A stretch of 64,000 bases of DNA, taken from NCBI GenBank assembly GCA_963761305.1, contig CAVXGK010000002.1, positions 1,056,001-1,120,000 on the forward strand, in the 5' to 3' direction. Of the stretch, positions 10,982 through 20,506 are shown piece after piece; position 1 is the first letter of the stretch, and each line of letters starts with the position of its first letter. A program made the position numbers and the translations under genes. Source of the DNA: an uncultured Gemmatimonadaceae bacterium. GTDB taxonomy: Bacteria > Gemmatimonadota > Gemmatimonadetes > Gemmatimonadales > Gemmatimonadaceae. Below the pieces are notes generated by a model. That model worked only from the letters and a program-made list of their open reading frames with translations, was not told the DNA's origin and searched no databases.

Positions 10982-12073
10982 CTATCGGGGAAGCTTCGGC
11001 TCCTCGCCCGGGCGCGCCTTGAGAAACGTGAGAGCCACCATGCGCTGGATCTCGTACGCTGTATCGGGAAGCACCGGCCGCGTTCGATCGGTGTGAAGCA
11101 CGTGCACGGATTGGATCGTCGACGGAACGGAGATCGACGGCATGATCTCCTTGAAATCGGTCACGACTTCGACCGCGGCGATCTGCGGCACCTCGTCGGG
11201 AATGCGCGTGAGGCGCAACGTCGTCCGCCGGATCTCAAACGTCTCCCGATCCAGATACATCGATCCCGAGACGTCGGGCGACTTGATGCGCGACGACGCG
11301 CTGAAGTCGATGCGCACCACCGCGTGTCCGTCCACCACGTCGGCGCCCGCGTTGCCAAAGCAGTGCGTGTCGAGAAACCCCCGCTCGGCGAACTGGAGCA
11401 GCGTCGGAAGGTTGAAGAGAACCTGGCGATTGAACGGTTCGGATCCTACGGTGACGATCGTCCCCGGCGCGTACCGCCACCGCACGCCCGTGCCGATTCG
11501 CGTCGTGTCGATCGACGTGGTGACCGCATCGCCGCCCACGTAGTGGATCGTCGACCTCCGCTCCATCGCGTACGCGAACGGGTAGGACTCGGCGAGCAAT
11601 CGATAGCGATCGGCGTTCTCGCGCAGCTGCTCGAAGATCGCCGCGAACGAAGGATCGGCGGTGGCCGTTGGTGGCCCGGGCGACGTGCAGCGCCCGAGTC
11701 CCTCGATCGTCACCCGATTCAGCTCGACGGCGATCCGTGTGAGCTCGACGCGCACCGTGTCGGTCACGCCGGCGCGCACCTCGACCGTCAGGCTCGTCGG
11801 AGAGTAGCCGATGTGTCTGACGAGTAGTCGCACGCGGCCCGCGGGGATGCCGGCGAGCACGAACGCGCCGCGTTCGTTCGTGAATCGCTCGCGTGCCCCC
11901 GCGGGGGTCGGCACCGACACCACGCTATAAGGAAGGGCCGCGCCCGTTCCCTTGGCGACCACGGTGCCGGCGATCGATCCAGTGGAATCGCGCGCGGCCA
12001 CCTGTGCTCCGGCGGCCGAGGCGGCAACCCAAAGGCTCGTCGCCAGGAGACCGCGCGTGCATCGCATCCACAA
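10982..12073 (-). CDS. Secreted carboxypeptidase-regulatory-like domain protein
   Basis: Signal peptide, GSIAGTV..TNERGAFVL..VRHIGY; FLDTHCF segment related to 41670-44102. Confidence 0.75.
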   Translation of the reverse strand: MWMRCTRGLLATSLWVAASAAGAQVAARDSTGSIAGTVVAKGTGAALPYSVVSVPTPAGARERFTNERGAFVLAGIPAGRVRLLVRHIGYSPTSLTVEVRAGVTDTVRVELTRIAVELNRVTIEGLGRCTSPGPPTATADPSFAAIFEQLRENADRYRLLAESYPFAYAMERRSTIHYVGGDAVTTSIDTTRIGTGVRWRYAPGTIVTVGSEPFNRQVLFNLPTLLQFAERGFLDTHCFGNAGADVVDGHAVVRIDFSASSRIKSPDVSGSMYLDRETFEIRRTTLRLTRIPDEVPQIAAVEVVTDFKEIMPSISVPSTIQSVHVLHTDRTRPVLPDTAYEIQRMVALTFLKARPGEEPKLPR

Positions 12074-12135
12074 ACCTCACGCGTGCGGCGGCCCGCGTCG
12101 AGGTCGATCGTCATTCAGCTGCGCGAGGCAGATCG

Positions 12136-12822
12136 CTACGGGAGCGCCTGCCGAAACGTCTGCGCCTCCGCGGGCACGTGCGCCGGGGCGGCACCGAACA
12201 GCAGTTGCGTGGTGGTCACGTCGGTGCCGTAGTAGTCTCTGTTGTCGTCCCTGTCGGCCCTCAGTTCCGCGCCTTCCAACGAGAGCCCGGCGAAGAGACC
12301 CTTCGACTTGGCGTAGGAATAAATCTCGGCCTTGAGGTCGAGGTTGGTGGCGGCTTCGGCGCTGCGCCCGAATGGGCCTGCTGCGACGCTGGCCTGTCCC
12401 CCAAGGGTCACACGGGATCCCTCGACCAGCGAGCGCGCGCCGCGGTCGTTCATCAAGAACAACACGATGTCGGACGACTGAACGCCGAGTTGCACGCCCC
12501 AGCTTCCACCGCTGATGCTGACGAACGCCGGCGCGCTCCAGCCGGTCTCCGTGCGGCAGGACATTACCCCACTCCCATGCCGGCCCCCGAAGCCGACCGC
12601 CGCCTTGATCACACCAGGCAGCACCGCGATGCACTTGGCGTGGTCCAGCAACTCCTTGGGAATCGCCTTGTCCCTCGCCGAGATCAGTTCGCGGTACACC
12701 GCAGTGGCGTCCGCCAGTTTGCTGCCCGGCCCTTCTGCCTTCTCGCGCGGAGTTTCGGCGCGTGCGGTTCCCACCGCGGCCACCGCGGCGCACAGCGCGA
12801 ACGTGATTGCGTGTTTCCTCAT
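12136..12822 (-). CDS. Ysc84/SYLF lipid-binding domain protein
   Basis: IPKELL..AKCIAV, GWSAPAF, G-x-QLG-x-QSSD, YAKSKGLFAGLSLEG. Confidence 0.9.
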   Translation of the reverse strand: MRKHAITFALCAAVAAVGTARAETPREKAEGPGSKLADATAVYRELISARDKAIPKELLDHAKCIAVLPGVIKAAVGFGGRHGSGVMSCRTETGWSAPAFVSISGGSWGVQLGVQSSDIVLFLMNDRGARSLVEGSRVTLGGQASVAAGPFGRSAEAATNLDLKAEIYSYAKSKGLFAGLSLEGAELRADRDDNRDYYGTDVTTTQLLFGAAPAHVPAEAQTFRQALP

Positions 12823-12933
12823 GTCTGCTCTCCCAAGAGTCCCTGCCTGGCTGTTGGCCTCGTTTACCCGTTCAGCCTGACGTGCAACTCCTGAGCCGCG
12901 CTCGCTACCCGCCTTGCATCGCCGGCATTTGCC

Positions 12934-13434
12934 TCAGAACCGAAACGAGACCGCGACACCGGGTGCCGCGCGCCGATCGGCCAGTTGCATCACCGTCGGT
13001 GCGACCGTGATGCGCGACGTTCCCGCCGTGCGCAGCGTGTTGTTGTGCCGCGCCGCGCCGTCGACGGCGTCGGATGCCGACCCGATCCAGAAGCCCGCCG
13101 CGAGGAGTACGGCGGAGGTCGCTATAGTCGACGAGCGCGGACCCGAGCTGCATCCGACGAGGCCGAGGCAGCTCCCGACCCGCTGACCGTTATACGTAGA
13201 CACGTGTTGCGACTCGTACACGGCGAGGAGCACGCTCATCGCGACCCCGCCGCTGAACACGAACGCGTGGCGAGGCTCGCCCACGTAGTACGAACCAAAC
13301 GCGAGGCCAGGGGCGCCGAGCGACAGGGCGGCCGCGCCGACCCCGCTCTTCGAGCTCGACTCCTGAGCGCCGACGTGGCCTGTGCTCAAAGCCACCGCGG
13401 CCACGAGCAGGACAAAGGGTGTGAATCGCATCAT
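12934..13434 (-). CDS. Hypothetical exported/membrane protein
   Basis: Signal peptide, LSL..PG-x-x-x-G-x-x-Y-x-GE, C-terminal VSFRF. Confidence 0.6.
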   Translation of the reverse strand: MMRFTPFVLLVAAVALSTGHVGAQESSSKSGVGAAALSLGAPGLAFGSYYVGEPRHAFVFSGGVAMSVLLAVYESQHVSTYNGQRVGSCLGLVGCSSGPRSSTIATSAVLLAAGFWIGSASDAVDGAARHNNTLRTAGTSRITVAPTVMQLADRRAAPGVAVSFRF

Positions 13435-13533
13435 GACCTCACTGCGTGTTTGCGGCGTTGAATCGTCGCGAGCTCAATAGCGTCGGTGCAGGCCGGACCG
13501 GTCTTGGAACCGGCCTGCCCGAGTCACGAGATG

Positions 13534-14109
13534 CTACGAGGATGCCCCAGCACGGGCTGTCTTGCTCGAGCCGTTCGGAGTCGACGCCCCGGGTTTCAGC
13601 GCGGCGCGAACCTCGCCGCGCGGCATCACAGCCGATGCGCTCTCGGCATGATCCGGAATGGTCTTCACCTTGATCACCGTCGCCTGCGGGAGCGCCGCCT
13701 TCGGTATGCGGAGGGCGAGCAATCCGTTTGCATACTCGGCGGTGATCATCGACGCGTTGACGTTGACCGGCAGTTGGAAATGGCGTACGAACGTGCCATC
13801 GTGCCGCTCGATGAGATGGAAGCGCGCGCCGAGCTTTCCCTCGTGCCGCGGTGAGCGCGTCGCGCGAACGGTGAGCACGTTCTCCTCAGCGGTCACCTGC
13901 ACCTGGTCCGGCGCGATCCCCGGCAGTTCGACGGCGAAGCTGAGCGCCTCGTCCGTCTCGTGAATGTCTGCCGCGGGACTCCACTCGTTCAACGTGGGGT
14001 GCGCGGTTCCCCGCATGGTCTGCAGTCCGAAGTTGGTTTCGAGCAACCGCTCGAATTCGAACAACAGACGGGAGGAGACGGGCGTCGCTGGCGCTGACGT
14101 GCTGTTCAT
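13534..14109 (-). CDS. Hsp20/alpha-crystallin small heat-shock protein
   Basis: WSPAADIHET, ELPGI, ERHDGTFVRHFQLP, AEYANGLL-x-L-x-IPK. Confidence 0.92.
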   Translation of the reverse strand: MNSTSAPATPVSSRLLFEFERLLETNFGLQTMRGTAHPTLNEWSPAADIHETDEALSFAVELPGIAPDQVQVTAEENVLTVRATRSPRHEGKLGARFHLIERHDGTFVRHFQLPVNVNASMITAEYANGLLALRIPKAALPQATVIKVKTIPDHAESASAVMPRGEVRAALKPGASTPNGSSKTARAGASS

Positions 14110-14231
14110 ACTGCCTCTGTGCTATCGGGGGCCCTGACGGGCTGAGCCTGGATGACCGGGTCCCGATGGCCTCCAGCATTTTGATTTTGGTGCGCCTCGG
14201 CGCTCATCACGCCGGCGCCGAGCGAGGCGAG

Positions 14232-14365
14232 AAACAAAAAAGAAACCGGCCGGGCAGGAGCTCCACGATGTGGATCTCCGCTCAGCCGGTTTCGCGATTT
14301 GCTCCTCCCGAGGCCTGGCGACCGTGCATGACTCCGCATGCGCCTCGGGGATCACAGCATCTGAG
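14232..14365 (-). ncRNA. Candidate sRNA or attenuator leader (two hairpins plus U-tract)
   Basis: Hairpins 14307-14349 and 14242-14293 followed by TTCTTTTTT on minus strand; upstream TTGACT(14400-14395)-N16-TAAGTT. Confidence 0.4.
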
Positions 14366-14456
14366 ATTACTCAACTTACTCGTCTCAAATGCAAAGTCAA
14401 TCCACTGTCTGCGAATCCTTCCAAACTCATCAGGAGAAGATCTCATGACGTTCCGG

Positions 14457-15824
14457 TCAGCGTGCCGCGCTCGGCAGACGCAACGTGAATCGCGAGCCGA
14501 CGCCGACGGTGCTCTCGATGGTGAGATCTCCATTCATCCCCCGCGCGAGGTCGCGACTGATCGCCAGGCCAAGGCCGACGCCACCGCGCCGTTCCGTCCA
14601 GTTGCTCGCCAGCTGGACGAACGGATCGAAGATCACGAACAGTTTCTCACCCGGGATCCCGGGACCGGTATCCGCCACGTGAATGGCGACGGCCGTCGGC
14701 GTGGTCTCGACGCTGAGCGTGACCTGCCCACCCGCCGCCGCGGCGTACTTGAGGGCGTTCGTCAACAAATTCATGAGAATTTGCCGGACGCGATTTGGGT
14801 CGGCCCAAACGACCGCGTCGACAGCGTCGGGCCACCGGAAGAGCCCGAAACCCCGGTCGTCCGTGATGCCGCGCAACATTTCGGAGACCTCGTTCAGTGT
14901 TCCCTGCACGGACATCTCGGCGAGTTGGTACTCCATTCGGCCGCTCTCGGTTTGCACGAACGTGAGCAATTCTGAGATCAGCGCGAGCAGGTGCTCCTGG
15001 TTGCGTCGTACGCGCCCGAGGTCGATCACCTGTTGAGGGCTGACGGGACCGCGCAGCCCCAACTCGATCAGACTGACGTACCCGCCGATGGCGTTGAGTG
15101 GCGTCATCAGCTCGTGGGTCATGTTGGCGAGAAACGTCGACTTCGCGCGGTTCGCGACGTCGGCGCTCTGGCGGAGCTCCCGGGCCTCGTGATACAACCG
15201 CTCGTTGTCGAGGGCGAGCGCGCACAGGTCGGCGAGGTCCGCCGCAAGCTTGACTTCGTCCGGCGAGAACGGCGCGTCGTCTTCCCGCGTGACGAACGTG
15301 ATCGCGCCAAGGACTCTTCCGCGCACAACCAGCGGCACGACCAGCAGGTCGCCAGAGCCGAGCGCGCGGCGTGCCGCCTCGTTGCCTACCTCGTAATCCG
15401 TCTCGCGCGCGACCGCGCTCGGCGCGCCCTTCGCTTCTGTGCCGACGGCGGGCGCGACCGGGAACCATCGGTCGGCAAACGATTGCGCCGCGTCCTGTTT
15501 CGCCGGATCGGGGTGAGCGACGGGTAAACGGTGAACCGCGCCATCGAATTCGACGACGTCCACGATGCACCAACTGCCCTCGCGCGGCAGGGCGCGCCGC
15601 CGAATCCTCTCACGCGCTGTTTCGTCGCCGAGCGACATGGCGAGCTCACGACTTGCCGATGCCAAGAACATGGCACGACGGTGCGCAGTGACCGCCTCGC
15701 GCGATTCGTCGCGGGAGCGCAGCGCCGCGAACAAGAATTGCTCGGTAATCGCGCGTTGACGGGCCAACTCCGACAGGGCCGGTCCGTTCGCGCCCGCATG
15801 ACCGCCCAGGTCGCGGCTAACCAT
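14457..15824 (-). CDS. GAF-domain sensor histidine kinase
   Basis: FLANMTHELMTPLNAI H-box, NLLTNALKY, DTGPGI, GVGLGLAISR; ATG overlaps the KaiC-like stop. Confidence 0.9.
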   Translation of the reverse strand: MVSRDLGGHAGANGPALSELARQRAITEQFLFAALRSRDESREAVTAHRRAMFLASASRELAMSLGDETARERIRRRALPREGSWCIVDVVEFDGAVHRLPVAHPDPAKQDAAQSFADRWFPVAPAVGTEAKGAPSAVARETDYEVGNEAARRALGSGDLLVVPLVVRGRVLGAITFVTREDDAPFSPDEVKLAADLADLCALALDNERLYHEARELRQSADVANRAKSTFLANMTHELMTPLNAIGGYVSLIELGLRGPVSPQQVIDLGRVRRNQEHLLALISELLTFVQTESGRMEYQLAEMSVQGTLNEVSEMLRGITDDRGFGLFRWPDAVDAVVWADPNRVRQILMNLLTNALKYAAAAGGQVTLSVETTPTAVAIHVADTGPGIPGEKLFVIFDPFVQLASNWTERRGGVGLGLAISRDLARGMNGDLTIESTVGVGSRFTLRLPSAAR

Positions 15825-17307
15825 CTGGGCCGACGCCGATGGCCACTTCGGCGAGATCCGGAACACCAGTCGTGATCCCGTGATAGTTCGACAGCGACGG
15901 TCCTATGACGGCGCCATCCGACGTCAGCGTGTACGCCCGGAAGTCGGTCGCGTGCGCGCTGCCTCGCATCTTGACGACCGACAGCACCTTCTGCAGCCTG
16001 CCGTCGATCTCGACGTACCGCTGCACGAGAATGTCGTCCGTGATGAACGACACGCGCTCGTGGGTGAACCGGCCGCCCGGATTCGCGTCGACGACTTCGT
16101 CGGTCATCAGCACCGTGACACCCGTTGCCGTGAGCGCACCGACAAGGCGATACAGCGATTCGCGAAAGTCCACGCGGTACGTCGGGGCGAGTGCGACCTC
16201 GAAGCCGGAGAGCGAGTCGATGACAACCCGAGTCGCGCCCACGCGTTCGACGGCAGCCTGGATTTCGGCGAGCATCTGGTCGACCGACAAGTCGAGCGGC
16301 CGCAGATACGTGATGGCGAGCCGTCCCTCCGCGACCATGGTGTCGAGGTCGGTCGACACGGTTTTCGCGCGAGCGAGATACGCTTCGGGATACTCCTCGA
16401 AGACCGCCACCACGCAACTCTCGCCGTCGCTGAGTCCCTGCGCGATGAAGTGCGTTGCGAATGTGGTCTTGCCGCTTCCCGCCGGCCCCGTGAGCAGCAC
16501 CACGTCGCCGGCCGGAATGCCGCCCCCGGTCATCTCGTCGAGGCCCGGCACGCCAGTCGCGAGGCGCGCATTCCGCCGAACGACGCGTCGCCGCTGCTGT
16601 TCCGGAATTCGCGGAAAGACCTGCATGCCCGCGTCGGTGAGACGGAACGTGTGCAGTCCCGGCATCGGGCTTCGCCCGCGAACCTTGACCGCGCGGAGCT
16701 TGCGCGTGGCGGAATTCCGATCCACGTCTTCGGATAGCCGGATGATCGTATCGGCCACGGTGAAGACCGGGTGGCGTTGCTCGCTGTCCGCGTATTCGCC
16801 GATCAGGAACGAGGTGACCTCCCACGTCGTGAGCTGCTGAGCAAGCCGGTTGACGAAGCGCGCCAGCTCGATCACGCCCGACGCCGGTGTTTGATGCTCG
16901 CCGACGATCGTTCGAAACGAGTCGACAGCGATGAACGCCGGCGCCACGGCGGCCACTTCAGCCCCCACACGCTGGAAGACGGCGTCGAGGTTTCCGCCCG
17001 TCGCCTCGGTGGCCAGGTTGATGAACCGCACCGACGTGGGAACGAGAGCCGGATTGAAGAAACCGAACTGCGATTGGTAGCGGAGCATCTTGATCGTCGG
17101 TTCGCCGAGCACCGTGAAATACAGCGCCGGTCGCTCAGGCGTCGCGTTGGCGAACAGGATCTGCTGCACCAGCGTCGTCTTTCCCGACCCCGGCGCGCCC
17201 GCGATGAGGTTGAAGGAATACTCGCACAGGCCGCCGCCGAGGACCGCGTCGAGACCCGGCACTCCCGTGGCGATGTTACGGATCTCCAATGGCTTTGAAA
17301 CGGTCAT
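15817..17307 (-). CDS. KaiC-like double RecA-family ATPase
   Basis: Two Walker A motifs (GAPGSGKT, GPAGSGKT), TGVPGLD repeats, VKMRGS. Confidence 0.9.
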   Translation of the reverse strand: MTVSKPLEIRNIATGVPGLDAVLGGGLCEYSFNLIAGAPGSGKTTLVQQILFANATPERPALYFTVLGEPTIKMLRYQSQFGFFNPALVPTSVRFINLATEATGGNLDAVFQRVGAEVAAVAPAFIAVDSFRTIVGEHQTPASGVIELARFVNRLAQQLTTWEVTSFLIGEYADSEQRHPVFTVADTIIRLSEDVDRNSATRKLRAVKVRGRSPMPGLHTFRLTDAGMQVFPRIPEQQRRRVVRRNARLATGVPGLDEMTGGGIPAGDVVLLTGPAGSGKTTFATHFIAQGLSDGESCVVAVFEEYPEAYLARAKTVSTDLDTMVAEGRLAITYLRPLDLSVDQMLAEIQAAVERVGATRVVIDSLSGFEVALAPTYRVDFRESLYRLVGALTATGVTVLMTDEVVDANPGGRFTHERVSFITDDILVQRYVEIDGRLQKVLSVVKMRGSAHATDFRAYTLTSDGAVIGPSLSNYHGITTGVPDLAEVAIGVGPDG

Positions 17308-17759
17308 GGCTCGACTCGGGCTGGCGTGCGGTGGGTGTCATCGTAATCCAGAAGGTTTCGCGCCATTTCCGCTCCAATGAGATCGCTCAGAATGTCGAGC
17401 AGCGCCGCAACGAGCGATTCGAGCGCGGCGGCCACGGTGCTGGCACCGTGGCCGCCCACAGCGGCGACAACGTCCAGATCGATTTCGAGGCCGGCGTACC
17501 GCAGGATGGTCCACACCGGCTGGTTGGACTGCGTGCGCGCGATCGCGCGCCCGAGCAACGCCCGGTATCCGTCCTCGCCAATCGAACGCCGGAGACTGTC
17601 GGATACTCGCGTGAACGAGCCTTGCATCGCCTCGCCGGTCATCGGCGCGTCCGCATTCCACGGCCGGCCGCGTCCGAGGATCTCGCCGGCCAGCGAAGGT
17701 GCCGTCGCCGATTTGACGGGCGACGTCCCGTTCTGCGCAACACCGAGTCGCGGAATCAC
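17304..17759 (-). CDS. Small helical protein of the type found upstream of KaiC-like ATPases (start uncertain)
   Basis: IG-x-x-G-x-x-ALL-x-RA and LL-x-x-L-x-x-LIG-x-x-MA-x-x-LL pattern; stop overlaps KaiC-like ATG; GTG 7 nt after TACTCT. Confidence 0.65.
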   Translation of the reverse strand: MIPRLGVAQNGTSPVKSATAPSLAGEILGRGRPWNADAPMTGEAMQGSFTRVSDSLRRSIGEDGYRALLGRAIARTQSNQPVWTILRYAGLEIDLDVVAAVGGHGASTVAAALESLVAALLDILSDLIGAEMARNLLDYDDTHRTPARVEP

Positions 17760-17765
17760 GTCGGA

Positions 17766-17843
17766 CAGAGTACGGCTCATCGGGGCGCGCGAGCCATCGC
17801 ACGAAGGGGTGAGCGACGGCCTACGCCCTTTGGCGGAGCGGCC
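17766..17843 (-). promoter_or_regulatory. Regulon motif copy upstream of KaiC-like operon
   Basis: Near-identical to 10235-10312 and 19568-19645. Confidence 0.75.
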
Positions 17844-17850
17844 GAGGCGC

Positions 17851-19557
17851 TCACGGCCACGTGAAGATCGCGGACGGCGCCGCCCCGCTGCGTCCACGCG
17901 CCACGTCATCCGGCTCGCGCCAGAATCCTCGCGTCCAAATACCGGTCAGGCGAAGCTCGCCGCGCGCGTGCGGGTCCCGGCTCACCGGAACGGCGACATC
18001 CAGCCGCCACAGTCTTTGTGACTGCGGTGGGAACGCCGCCAGGAGTCCAACGCCGATCCCGACCTTCACGCTGCTGTTCACGCCGAACGGCGCATCACCC
18101 GCCGCCACGCGGCCGGCGTCGACGAAGCTCGCCATGCCAAGCGCGTCGTGCGACGTGAATCCGCCGATCGACCAGCGTTCTTCGAGCCGCGCGACGCCGC
18201 GCACCGCTCCGGCATCGCTCGATGCGGAATAGCCCCGCACGCCGCCCTGGAGGTCGCCAAGCGCCAGTTGGAACGGCACACGTTCGCCCCGCTCGCCGGA
18301 CCATTCGAGACTACTGATGACGACGTGCGCCGCGGAAGGCTTGACGTACCAGGCCAGTCGTCCACTGGCGATCATGGAATCCCACTCGTTCGTGCGCCGG
18401 TCATCGCGGGCTTCCCCCTCGATGCGCAGTGCGCCGAACGACCTGGCGGAGCCGACCCCCGCATAGAGATCGGCCGAGACGAACAGGTCGTCGTCGGTGT
18501 TTCCGAATCCACCGATGGTGCGCCCAACCAGGGCGCCGAACTGAGCGCCGACGGCCACATCTTGCGCGGCGGCCAGGGCGTCGAATCCGCGCACCGTCAT
18601 GAACGACAGCGCGCGTGCGCCGGCGACGGCGTTGACGCGCACGTTTCGGTACGAAGCCACGGAATCGGCGAGTTTGGGACCGGCGGCCGCGACGAGCCCC
18701 GAGTCCGAGACGACGACGAATCGGTTGGCCGGCACCACGTCTTCACCCGTGACGAGCGTGCCGAGAAACGCGGCTCGACGCCCCAGCCCGACGCGCCGTA
18801 CGCCGCCGATGTCCCAGAACCGTCGCCGCACCTCGAGCGACGGCCCATCGCCGTCGGGAACACGGAAGGGCACGTAGCGATCAATGTCGCTGAGGCCCAC
18901 GTGCCACGCAGTTCGCTGCAAATCGGTGAAGAACTTGTGGTCGAAGGCGACGGTCAGCTGTCCGCCGACCGGGGCGCGTTCCGCCACGAGCGCGAGCGTG
19001 TAGGGCTGACCAAGCACCTGGTTCGCCACGGCGTACACGCCGAAGCCGGTACGATAGGCCAGGCCGTTTTCGACACTCGTCGCCAGGTACAGTCCTTGAC
19101 CGCCGACGTTGTTATTGCCAAAGCGGACCAGCGACGGGTGCATGTTTCGCAGTCGCACGTCGAGCACCGTCGGGAGCTCGTCGACCGTCTCGACGACGAT
19201 GCGGACGCCGGCGCCGGTGTCCGGTACGACGCGCACGCTTGCGTCGGCAAGAAAGGGTTGCAAGCGCAGGATGCGCTCCGACTCCGCACGCTGTCGCTCG
19301 GTACAAGGCTGGCCAATCGACAGGAGCAGGAAGTCGCCGATCGTTTCCTTTGTCGATGTCGTGGAGATCAATCCGACTGTGCGCGCCAATCCCCGCAATT
19401 GCCGTGGAACGGCCAGGACCGATGGATCGCGCGGCGTGATGACGATCGAGGTCACGATCTTGCCGTCGCACAGCCGCTCGGCGGGCGTCGCGGTTTGCGC
19501 GCCGGCGCGCGCGGCGGCGATCGAGAAAATCAGGACGCCACGCTTCACCGTGTCCAT
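17851..19557 (-). CDS. Omp85/BamA-TamA-like outer-membrane protein (POTRA plus barrel)
   Basis: Signal peptide, ESERILR-x-x-PFL-x-DA POTRA segment, LG...GVRGY lid motif, amphipathic beta strands. Confidence 0.7.
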   Translation of the reverse strand: MDTVKRGVLIFSIAAARAGAQTATPAERLCDGKIVTSIVITPRDPSVLAVPRQLRGLARTVGLISTTSTKETIGDFLLLSIGQPCTERQRAESERILRLQPFLADASVRVVPDTGAGVRIVVETVDELPTVLDVRLRNMHPSLVRFGNNNVGGQGLYLATSVENGLAYRTGFGVYAVANQVLGQPYTLALVAERAPVGGQLTVAFDHKFFTDLQRTAWHVGLSDIDRYVPFRVPDGDGPSLEVRRRFWDIGGVRRVGLGRRAAFLGTLVTGEDVVPANRFVVVSDSGLVAAAGPKLADSVASYRNVRVNAVAGARALSFMTVRGFDALAAAQDVAVGAQFGALVGRTIGGFGNTDDDLFVSADLYAGVGSARSFGALRIEGEARDDRRTNEWDSMIASGRLAWYVKPSAAHVVISSLEWSGERGERVPFQLALGDLQGGVRGYSASSDAGAVRGVARLEERWSIGGFTSHDALGMASFVDAGRVAAGDAPFGVNSSVKVGIGVGLLAAFPPQSQRLWRLDVAVPVSRDPHARGELRLTGIWTRGFWREPDDVARGRSGAAPSAIFTWP

Positions 19558-19567
19558 ACTGATGAGA

Positions 19568-19645
19568 CAGACTACGCCTCATCGGGACGCGCGAGCCATC
19601 GCACGAAGGAGTGAACGTCGGCCTACGCCTTTTGGCGGAGCGGCC
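19568..19645 (-). promoter_or_regulatory. Regulon motif copy upstream of the Omp85-like gene
   Basis: Near-identical to the other two minus-strand copies. Confidence 0.75.
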
Positions 19646-19674
19646 GGGCGAGTGACCGCCCGGCCTCGCAGCTG

Positions 19675-20340
19675 CTATGCGCCGTCTCGCCTGGAGTACG
19701 CGGCGATTTGGAGCCGCGTGTGCAGCGTCAGCTTTTCCATGACGTTCCGCACATGACTCTTGACCGTGTGCGCCGCGATGTTGAGCCGTTGGGCGATTTC
19801 TTTGTTGCTCAGCCCCTCGCCGATCAACTCGATCACCTCGCGCTCGCGCTTCGTCATGCGCACGTCCTCCAGGACGTGCGCGCGGCCCTGCGTGGCCGCC
19901 GCGGCGCTGGCGATTTGCGAGAACAGCGATTCCGCCATGCGCGGCGGCAGCACCTTGCCCCCCGCCGCCACCGATCTGATGGTCGTCACGAACTCGTCGA
20001 ACGTGGCGTCCTTGAGCACGAATCCCGACACACCGGCATTCACGAACTGCACGATGTCTTCGTTCATCGGGATGAGATCCATCACGATGATCTTCGTCCC
20101 TGGCGCCCGTTTGGTCAGGTCCGCGGCCACGCCGAGGCTGTCGTCGTCGACCAGGCCGACATCGAGGAGCAACACGTCCGGCTTGACCTGGTCGATGAAC
20201 GCGGCATCGGCGACGCCCGTTCCGACGACGCGCAGATCGGGAATCCGATCGAGCATCGCGGTGAGCGCCTCGCGCACGAGGCGATTGTCGTCCACGATCG
20301 CAACAGTGATCATATCGCCGGACAGCTGGGGTGCCGTCAT
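19675..20340 (-). CDS. NarL/FixJ-family response regulator (REC plus LuxR HTH)
   Basis: VAIVDD, PDVLLLD, GFVLK, TKREREV..GLSNKEIA..TVKSHV-x-N-x-x-x-KL. Confidence 0.93.
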   Translation of the reverse strand: MTAPQLSGDMITVAIVDDNRLVREALTAMLDRIPDLRVVGTGVADAAFIDQVKPDVLLLDVGLVDDDSLGVAADLTKRAPGTKIIVMDLIPMNEDIVQFVNAGVSGFVLKDATFDEFVTTIRSVAAGGKVLPPRMAESLFSQIASAAAATQGRAHVLEDVRMTKREREVIELIGEGLSNKEIAQRLNIAAHTVKSHVRNVMEKLTLHTRLQIAAYSRRDGA

Positions 20341-20506
20341 GCACGTGGAGTGCGCGAATCGTGAGCAGCCATGGAATAGACTGCCACGGAGCTGAATCTA
20401 CCGCCGTCACCCACCCCGGCCATCCCGGCGTTTCGGACGCGGTAGTAGGTCATCTAGTCCGTTCGTGCGATTGCCGGTGGTCCATGCGACTCCTACGCTA
20501 CGTCCC

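Noticed and set aside
15817..17307. True circadian clock kaiC
   Set aside because: No kaiA or kaiB; context is a histidine-kinase operon, so no gene symbol assigned
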